A stretch of 64,000 bases of DNA from Flaccisagitta enflata. Lineage: Eukaryota. Shown here piece after piece: positions 53,723-64,000 of the stretch. Under the pieces are notes generated by a model that did no database searches, was not told the origin of the DNA, and was given only the letters and a program-made list of their open reading frames with translations. The stretch lies in the NCBI GenBank assembly GCA_965153355.1, contig OZ231126.1, positions 37,882,001 through 37,946,000 on the forward strand, written 5' to 3'. The position numbers and the translations under genes are program-made. The first letter of the stretch is position 1. Every line of letters begins with the position of its first letter.

Positions 53723-54324
53723 CAAATTATGGGAGACTTACATACATGCGAAAATTTGTCTAATTTCCACGTAGTTGTCTGGTGGAGTAAACAAGGTCCG
53801 ACAGAGGTTGCCAGAGAATTACTGACATTTACTTCTCGTGCTCCATCTTCTCTCTGTCTCAGAGAGAATGTTCTGAAAGGTGTGCAGAATTTTTTGAAGC
53901 AAATTGCGCAACTCAAGCAAGCAGATTCGAAATCCACGTAGCCATCACGACATACTTAACCATGGCTAGTATCTTTAGCCTTTTTCGCAGTCATATTTTT
54001 GATTCAACTGAGATTTAATGAATTTATTCAGCAAGCATGCAAACTCGAAAACCACGTAGCCAATGCGACATTCTTATCCATAACCAGTATCTTAACCTAT
54101 TTTGCAGTTGTATCTTTTATTAAATGGAGATTCAATGAATTCTACTCACTGGATGATCTCAAACATTCATATGTGCCTTTCTTTTACATTCAATGACGCT
54201 TTATGTAATTACAAAATTTTATCGTCTTGAATAAACAATTTCTTTCCGTCTTTTGTTCAGTTTTGATTTTATGTCGCGGAATCTATAAAGGCTATATCCG
54301 TCTGTCTTGCAGTTGTCCATCTAT

Positions 54325-54596
54325 TTTTAGTTGCGGACACCCATCTATTTTAGTTGCGGACATCCAACTCTATAAGTGGCTTTGTCCAATGTCCATCCTT
54401 CGGTCCATCGGTCAGTCAGTCCGATGGTGCATTGGTCTATGGTGATCGAGTTGAAAAGTGTGAAAACACGCATTTTAGACGCTGCTGTGTGATAGTCCGT
54501 GGATGTAATGTGTTTGGGGTGGGCGAGGGTGTGAATGGGGGTTGTATGCCCCTGCCCAACCGCCCGCAACGATATTGTGGCCCCGCGTCACTTGTT
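54325..54596 (+). mobile_element. HINE-like element with duplicated 5' end
   Basis: CCATCTATTTTTAGTTGCGGACA occurs twice; GGTGATCGAGTTGAAAAGTG core shared with the 7841 and 28747 copies. Confidence 0.65.
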
Positions 54597-54602
54597 CCAC
54601 TA

Positions 54603-54656
<54 letters not shown>

Positions 54657-55904
54657 GAGACGCCGATAAGACAACGACCCACCGCTTGCCCCTTCCCACA
54701 CCCCTCGACGTTGCCACGTTGTTTTAAAAATCACCATCACTTCGCAGTTTTGAGGATGATTATAGGATACTAGGATATAGGATATAGGATATTATTGTGG
54801 TGATGTACGGCTTAAATGAGTCTTTGTGGTGAAGTATTAGGTTGGTGATGTGACATGCTCATTTTGGACGGGTACCCAGCATGTTCCAAGTCGAATTTTC
54901 ACCCCAAACGAATTTCAATCAGTTAGAAAGTTAAATCCAAACAAGTGACAGACTCGCTAGAACGGCGCCAAAATCAATATAGCGCGATATATCTTGGAAA
55001 AGCAGTTAAAATATGCAATATGGGGTATCAATCGAAAGCCCTTGGTATTCTGCATCGATTGATACCAATAATCGAGGTTTTGGAGAAAATTTTTTTTTTG
55101 TCATACTTTCCTATTATTATCATATGTTCCGCGTCATTCATTGTGTTGTGTCTGATCAATTCATTACCAATAAAGGCGGCTCTCGCCGTAGGAAAAAAGT
55201 CGTAAGTGCGATGTTTTGGAATTTTTTGTGATTGTGTTTTGTCTGGTTGATTGCTTTTTTTTTTCTTCTGGCATCTTTTTGGTTTGTTCCACTCTCTACA
55301 TGTGTATCTCTGTTTGAGAGAGAGGCATCCAACCCCCAGCCACACCCCAACCTCAACCCCCACACACAAGCATCTAGACCGCTTGTTTTTCCACTTTTCC
55401 ACTCGGACGGACAAACGGACCAATAGACCAATGGATGGACTGACAGACAAAGCCTCTCATAGAGTCCAGAGTTGAAATGAGAGAGAGACTGTGCTGCCAG
55501 GATGCACACATAAGAGATCTTGAATAATCATTTCCAAGATCATCAAAATTCGGACAATAACAATGCATGGACGAAACGATACAGGCTCACCTAGTTGAAA
55601 CGCATAAACTGAATTAGTTTGCTTTGGTAGTCACATGTATTCGGAGTTAGCACGACCTCAAAAATACATTTTTCTATAATCAGTTGTTTTGAAAATCGAT
55701 TTCTTAAATTTCCATTCCAGTTGAGAAAAGCCTTTGATTCACTTCAGTAACAGCTTGTTGAAGGGATGGAATCTTATTCGGAATGATTATCACCTGGGAC
55801 AAAGTTCAAATTGACTTCAATTAACTCAATTCCTCATTTTTGGGAAAAATGTGAAAAATGCGAAAAACTATTAAAAGATTTAAAAAATCATAGCTCCAAA
55901 ATTA

Positions 55905-56877
55905 ACCTTGGCGTCATAAAAAATGGCGGATTTTTAAAACCTTTTTTACCAGACTAAATTTGAGAGAAACTAAGAAAAATTGGTGATGGATAGAAAGCTC
56001 TTTGAAAGGTCTTTCATTTGAGTTGTGTCGCCATGTTGTCGCTCTAATGGTTTAGAAGCTATATCAATTTGAAAAGTACTTGTCTTTTTTCGCCCTTACA
56101 GTGTGTAAGCAACCATAATTTGAAAACAATTTCTTGAAAACCATACTTAATATCATCCGATTGAGATAAAAATTTATACGGTGGTACAACATACCTTCTT
56201 CTAACAGCTCCTAAAATTTCATCCAAATCGGACAATTTTTACTATAATTTTTACCATGCAAAAGATTTCAATGTTGGTTTGCAAAACTGTTGTTTGAGAG
56301 AATCAAGGATTGAATTTTATTGAGTGTTTTGTTCATTAAGATATGGTTGAAATTGTTAGAAATCTATGACAGTTTTAGAGTCCGTTCAAAGGTCTATATC
56401 TTGGGCCCTCTTCCAAAGAAGTAGACTGAGTATGAGCTCAAACAATGCAGAAATAAATGCAAGTTTTTTTTGAAATTGCATCATTTTCTAAGAATTTTTA
56501 TGAGGCATAGTAAAGAAACATGCAAAAACCATAGAAGGAAATTTCCAATTCTCACAAAAATTGAACTGCTATCAGAAGACACACAATTTAAACATCACCT
56601 AAAATTTCAGGGCAATCGGACAAGATCTTCTACCATTTTGATAATGATGAAATTATTAGCAATTTTTGTTTAATGATACACTGTAAGGGTGAAAAAATAG
56701 ATGTTTTGTTTAAATCACTGTAATTTCTAAACCGTTTGAGCTACCACATCCAGACACGACTCAAATGAAAGATCTTTCGAAGAGCTTTGTAACCATCACC
56801 AATTTTCCTTAGTTTCTCTCTAATTTAGTCTGGTAAAAAAGGTTTTAAAAATCCGCCATTTTTTATGACGCCAAGGT
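55905..56877. mobile_element. TA-flanked fold-back TIR element (~970 bp)
   Basis: TA|ACCTTGGCGTCATAAAAAATGGCGGATTTTTAAAACC...GGTTTTAAAAATCCGCCATTTTTTATGACGCCAAGGT|TA; near-perfect outer ~80 bp, degenerate symmetry to ~200 bp. Confidence 0.85.
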
Positions 56878-58624
56878 TATCAATCGCAGAGAATTCTGCT
56901 CGGCGTCATCTGAAAGAGGAGAATTAGCTCTTTCTTAGCTATCAATTAGTCAAATAGTCTCGTTCTGCCCGAAAAATGCACCAACTTGCCCAAACGCCTC
57001 ATAAAACAAAGGGAAATCCGTTTTTCTCTGCAGGACTCAATAAGACCGAAGGGATTTCGTCTCTTCGACTTTTTTCCAAATAACTTGTTATGCGTCTTTT
57101 GCTGTGATATGTCCGCTCAATTCATTATCATTTGTTTGACGTCATTCTCTGTGATATGTCCGCTCAACTTATTATCACTTGTTTTTCGTCGTCTGCTGCA
57201 GTCTCATGCGACACATTTTCTTTTGCATCGTTGGTGAATTTCTTGATTTTTATGACGTTCCAATAATTGGAATCCAATTTTTTCTGTCCTTTTTCCCTCC
57301 CGACGTGTAATTTTTTGTGACGTCCAATGCACCCGACTCATCGTTCGTCATTTTCGGTCGGTCCGTCGGTCAGTCCGTCGGTCTGTCCATCCGTCCGTTC
57401 ATTCGTTGACCCATTGATTTATTGAGTTCACCCCACGAACTTTTTATGACACATGTTGGCTTTTATCGGCATAAATCTGGCCTTACTTGGTGGTGAATAC
57501 CGATATAGATATCTTTACCCTGGATTTGAATGTCCGGGGTTCACATTAAGCTGTAAGGGTATGGTTTCCTGATAATGATACCCTCGCCTGATTTGATATA
57601 TTTCAGTTATACAGGTAACAATCATTTGCTTTTAACTTCTTCTCATAAGCGATTTTCGTTTGGGTTAGCATACCAAGATTGAGAAAGAATGTTTTTTTCA
57701 GATTCTGTTTTATGGTGTTTTGTGGTGGCGTACATGTCAGTCAGGCTTTGGAAGGCCCTCTTTCATTTATTTCAGTTTGAGTGGATATTGTTCCACTTGT
57801 CATTTATATTTTTTTTGTCTTTCATACAGATTTTCTTCTTTCTCTGAAGAGAGGTCGGATGATGAGTGTTATCTAAACATAAAATACGAACCGAAGGTCG
57901 CGTCACACTTTGTTATCATCTCTCGTCTAAAACTTGACTACCTCCTCATCCGTCTCCTTCGTTTCTTCCGCCACTTCTTCCAACTTCTTCGCCATTCCTC
58001 AAAATCCACCTACTGCTCCTCCTCCTCCTCCTCCTCCTCCTCCTCCTCCTCGTCTACAGGTCTTCCCTCTTCACCTACGACGACCTCGAAGCCACACGAA
58101 ACCGAAAGTAATCGGTGTGATCGCAAAAAAAAAAAAAAAAAAAAGGTGACAATAACGACAACAACAACTAAGCATGGGCAGCTTCAACTACAGTAACTTG
58201 TACAGTTACAACAGCAAAAAGAGCCAACAAGAACAACTTGACCAAACAACAACTACAGCGACTACAGAAACTACTGAAACCACACAGCAACAAGGAGAAT
58301 GATTAGAACAACTTATGCATTGAACACAGCAACTTCAGATACAAGAACAACTGAAGAATTGTCCATAACTACATCAACAAGAACAACTAGAGCATACACA
58401 ACAGCGACTACAGCGACCTGAACAGCAACCACAGCGATAAGGGTGATAAGAACAACTTTTTAAGCGTTTACACAGCAACAACAGCGACAAGAATGACAAT
58501 TACAGCAACAAGAACAAGACAGACAGAAAAGATGAGAAAAAGAAACTCTTCAGCGCAAACATATACGGCTTTCAAAATACACAAAAGCGCCGTTCGAGCG
58601 TCCGTCAGGAGATAAATGAAGAGA

Positions 58625-58832
<208 letters not shown>

Positions 58833-61024
58833 GCCCGCAATTTCTGCGGCCATCTCTATCATTCTCTTTTTTCGGCGTTTCAAACTCGCCTCTCCATGTT
58901 TCCTTGCTTTTGCAGATTTCATTTTTTGGGCAGCGGCTCCGAAGGGGTTAATGACCTATGCTTTCTCCTCCTCGTCCTCCTCTTATTCTACTATGCTGCT
59001 CCCTGGCCTAAATCCTCGCCCCAAGGCAGAAATAGCAGCCATGAGGACAAAGTCCTAAACACCAACCTTAGGGCTCAAATCCTGGCTATGGAGCCACGAG
59101 ACTGAAACCTATCTAGGCCCAAAAAAACAGACTAATGACCCAAATCCCACCTCAAAGGCCCCAATTATAGCCCAAATTCCAGTCTTGAGGCCCAAAGAGT
59201 AGTTTTGTAGCTCAAATTATACTCCAGAGACTATTTTCGCAAACCCTAAGGTATCTATCCCAAGCCAAAAGACCAAAGGCTTGCTCATGATTTATCAATC
59301 AAAGCATATGTTATTGGTCTTTTTTGAACTGCTGCTCAACTCAACATCTCATCCTCACGATCTAAATGATAACTAACGATTGGTTACCGCTGACCATCCT
59401 ACGCTTTTGTGACTACTCGTGTTAAAAAGTTAAGACGCGTTTTGATGTGGCGCGAAATAAAATCTCTATTCCATTCACCGTGTCTGTCCCTTGGTCCGTT
59501 GGTCCACTGTTTGCCCGCAATGATTTGTATTGATTGACGATTAGAAGGATTTTGTTCTGTTTTTGCAAAACCACGATTTGACTTGCGTAATAACACGTTG
59601 TTTCCGTTCCTCTACCCCTCGATCAGTTACGCGTACGAGCCACGAGGCCACTTAGTTTTTATTACCCCCAGCATGTATATATTCCTACTTAATTTCTTAT
59701 CATTTTTTCCCCAAACTTCTCCTTTATCTCGTTTCCTTTCTTTTATCTCTCTTCTTCCTCCTCTCTCCTCCTCTTCCTCTTCCTCTTCCTCCTCAGCCTC
59801 CTACTCCTCCTCCGTTTCCATTCATGTCTCCGAATTGTCTCTCCCGCGCTTCGCTTCGACGTCATCCTGAATAAAACATCGAGAAAAGAAAAAAAAACTC
59901 CAAACAATAAACAAACGCGCGAAAGAATAACAACGAATCATAAAAATAAAAAGAAAATATTCAGAACGTTATAAAAGAAAAAAGGAAAACGTCAAACGAC
60001 AAGAACGACGACGAAGACGACGACGATAACGACAACGATAACAACCACGACAAGGACAGTGTGGAGATACGCGCATATTTAACGAATAAGAAGAGAGAGA
60101 CAGACGGAAAAAAAATAATAACACGTTTTAGATTCCGGATATCAAAAGCGCGCGGTATTGGAAACATATCGGAGGATTTGTTTTCTTTTCTTTTTCTTTT
60201 TTGTTTCTTTCCAAATGTAATTTGATAAACATACTCGTTTACTATAAATTCATCCAGATACTAACATCAACCAAAAGAAAATTTCGTTATGCCGGACATC
60301 GTGCATGCGAAAGAGTAAGTGACAGCCGTCGTTACGTGTATTGGAAATTCAATGTGTCGTGTGTGCGTTTAAACAAGCGCGCGTTATTATTTTACCCACT
60401 CGTGTCTTCTACTTAAAACTGAGTCAAATTTATATGTGTGTGTATGCTCGTTTGTGTAAACCGAAACAAAGTCAACAACTTGTTAAAGAAAACAAAACAA
60501 AAACAAATGCGACAGATTTCATTTTCATGAATGAAAACAACGCCATAATTCTGTGATGCTTTATTCCGATATATGACGTCCCAAATTGTATAAACATCGA
60601 TCGTTTTTCTTTGCCATGATAAGACTTTCAAATGAAAAACAAAATCAAATGACAGAAAAAATTCCTTCGCGCGATGTTTGATTGATTGATTGTTCAGAAA
60701 CCTACAAAAACGAGGACAAGATAACAGACCCAAAACAAAAGGAAATGGGAATATAAACAGAACACACACAAAAAAAACTAAATGAATTAAAAAAAACAGA
60801 AAAAAAATCAAAGGGGGAGAAAAACTTCGCTGTGCGTATCTCTCTCTCTCTCTTCCTCCACTTCCGGTCTCTCTCTATCCACGCGCGACTTCCTTGTTTT
60901 TTTCTTTTTTGTTTTCGTTTGTTGTTGGAATTGTTGTTGTAATTGATCTGTTGTTTATCGGAGAGAGCTCTCAATGATTATCGAGGCGGAAGAACAGAAC
61001 CGAGAAATGTCCATCAATCTTTTG

Positions 61025-61340
61025 GCACATCCCGCCACTGGTAAGTCGTTCTCTGTCCAGACAGACTCACAGACAGATCGACACACAGATATACAGACAG
61101 ATAGACAAATGCACATACCGCCACTGGTAAGTCATTCTCTGTCCAGACAGACTCACAGACACATCAACACACAGATATACAGACAGATAGACAAATGCAC
61201 ATACCACCACTGGTAAGTCGTTCTTTGTCCAGACAGACTCACAGACAGATCGACACGCAGATATACAGACAGATAGACAAATGCACATCCCACCACTGGT
61301 AAGTCGTTCTCTGTCCAGACAGACTCACAGACAGATCGAC
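61025..61340. repeat. 86-bp minisatellite, about 3.7 units
   Basis: CCACTGGTAAGTC at 61035, 61121, 61207, 61293. Confidence 0.9.
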
Positions 61341-61911
61341 CAACAGATCCTTTCCCTCTTTTTCTATTGGTTCTATTTCACTCATTCCAATACAGTGAGT
61401 CATATACAAAACCCCGCAATAAAGAATGTAAAGGGGCTAACAAATTTCATCCACTATAGGCGGATTTCCGTCATTGCCAATATAGAAATTAAAAGAATTT
61501 GACATAGTGGGACCAAGTTTCAGACGGATTTCCATTACACTTGGATCCGTTTTAGCGGGGTTTAACTATACATGTATAGTATGGAAATGAACAATTAACG
61601 ACATTGCCGGTCTTTAATCAAAGACTTTAGAAAAATGTACAAACCGGTCCCTGAATCTCAACCAGAGGGATGAAAATGATGAATCCAAATTAAAAAAAGA
61701 TTCCAACCAGACAAATCAACCAATATCCACGCAAATTAAAGCTGAACTATAACAATGACAATTGTGACAGATCAAAAGATGATTTTCAAGTAAACAAATG
61801 GGACCTCGAGATTTCTTTACTTGTAGTAGATTCTATAAGAAAGCATCTTCATTTCACTTCCATGTTGAATCTTGCCGTAGGAAAAGCCGTAAATGTGGGT
61901 GTTTTTTCTTC

Positions 61912-62236
<325 letters not shown>

Positions 62237-63455
62237 ACCAATCACCATCTAAAACCACGTTAAGGTATAAAAGAGTCCACTTTTGCATCATGTATATTCT
62301 TAACTTGGTTGCCACTTCCATGTGAAAAGAAACTCTCTTTCCAGAATGGAATTCAGATATGAAATTTTCATGAATACATTTCCATAAAATTTTCTATCGG
62401 TAGCACAGCAAAGACGACGAAAAAAACATTGCCGAAAAATATAGGTCGGTTACCGGCTAAATTGTCTTGCCAAAAGGTTTGAGGGGGAAAAGATAGGCAT
62501 AGAATGAAATGACAAGTTTTTGTTCATTCTTTTTTAGTGATCAAGCTCTTTAATCTTTTGCTGCATCTTTGACTTTGTAAACGTTTGACAAAAACAAAGT
62601 CATAGTGAAAATACAATCCATTAGTTTCATCCGAGAATATTTGCTAGTCTTTCTTAAAATGAATTAAAAAGCATTCTCATTTCTATAGGGTTTTTAATCG
62701 GGGACACGCGACCCTGCACCTTGCCGTGTCGGTTGGTCGGTCGGTAGGTCGATCCGTCCGTAGCATTTTTGAATTCCGAGCGGTTTTCGCATTATTGCTC
62801 CTGCCCAACCGTCGGCAACTGGATTGCCGTCTATCTGGCCTTGTTAACTGTACAAAGAACTGATTTTGATACTAAACAATCGTCCACCGGGACATGCCGC
62901 TCTAACAGGTTTCTGTTATAGCCAATGAAGAAAATTGAAGACAAATTGGGAGGCGCAAAGATTTCCATTAATGGCGAGTCCGTTAAAGCGGGGTTTGAGT
63001 GTTCGTCGATTATTCTCAAATTAAACCATTTAAAAGTGACATAGACAAATTTAGTCTAAGGCATGTTACGACTTTGTCACAGAAAACCCGCTTACACAAA
63101 TAGAATATGTTCAATAATTCATAAATGCACTCAATGTACAAATTTTGCCTTCGAGCTTTGATGAAAACAGCGCATTTTTAATGAGATGTATCATAAGTTT
63201 TGTCGCTAAGATATCTCGAAATAATACTGTGCGATCGATGAGGGACTGATTATACTATTCTGAAACACAGTAAATCGGCAAACCACCAAGTCAGTTCGTA
63301 AACAAGAGAGCAATAAGTTGAACTTACTAACAAAAAAAAAAGAAAAGAAAAAAAAATTGAAATGAATGAACGCAATCGCATACCAAAGTGAAAGTAACAC
63401 TTGAAATTTTCTTTTCCATTTTAAATTGGGACTCAGAGTGAATAATGGAAGAAAA

Positions 63456-63533
<78 letters not shown>

Positions 63534-63720
63534 AACAGACCGAAAGACAGTGAGAAAAAGACAGAGCGAGACAGAGAGACAGATATGACTGGGTAAGTAG
63601 AGCACAGAAAACCGGGAAAAAAGACACAGAATAAAGCGAGGAAAATCAGAAAGAGGCATGCACAACTTAAATGTATGACAGGAGACAAAGAGACAGAGAG
63701 CTCGCAAAGCAGGGATTAAC

Positions 63721-63900
63721 AAAACAAGGCCGGATACACGGCCACCAGTTGCGGACGGGTGGGTAGGGGCGGAAATGCAACTGTCCGCAACTAAAAATGT
63801 TCTACAACGCTTGTTTTCCCACTTTTCGACTCGTGCTGACGGACCGACGGACGGACCGATGGACAAAGCCTCTTATAGAGTTCTGTGTCCGCAACTAAAA
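63721..63900 (-). mobile_element. HINE-like element
   Basis: AAAACAAGGCCGGATACACGGCC..AGTTGCGGACGGGTGGG...(GGAC/CGAC)n...GTGTCCGCAACTAAAA. Confidence 0.8.
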
Positions 63901-64000
63901 AGGGGATAAAAAAGCAAGACAGAAAGACAAGAAGAGAAAAAGGAGCGAGAAAGCCTCAATAGAAAGAAAAAAGAAAAAAGGGTAAGAAAGCAATGGAAAA

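Noticed and set aside
57690-57900. Cluster of acceptor-like TTTCAG/ATACAG sites suggesting host exons
   Set aside because: No matching donors or coherent reading frame were found.

Overview
AT-rich, microsatellite-dense eukaryotic (animal-like) DNA. I cannot support any host protein-coding gene, so the window looks intergenic or intronic. The dominant feature is a full-length, very young BEL/Pao LTR retrotransposon (33043-45479, + strand). It has 789/790-bp LTRs differing at only two positions, a GTGTA target-site duplication, and it sits inside a TA-flanked fold-back MITE. Besides the usual gag (triple Zn knuckle) and pol (PR, RT YVDD, RNase H, IN), the element shows three unusual features. 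(i) There is no tRNA-type primer-binding site. The 12 nt abutting the 5' LTR are instead the exact reverse complement of a 12-mer inside the LTR that starts right after a strong splice-acceptor-like signal, suggesting Tf1-like self-priming. (ii) A ~775-codon non-env accessory ORF lies after pol. (iii) A putative four-exon spliced ORF skips the PPT and reads into U3 of the 3' LTR. All long ORFs carry single-base frameshifts (about 1 per 500 bp), which could be long-read errors or a defective copy. The rest of the window holds about 20 Helentron-associated (HINE/DINE-1-like) elements, some carrying internal tandem arrays, many TIR MITE families, a CR1/L2-type LINE 3' fragment, minisatellites and long simple repeats. 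Most ORFs in the supplied track are simple-repeat artefacts.
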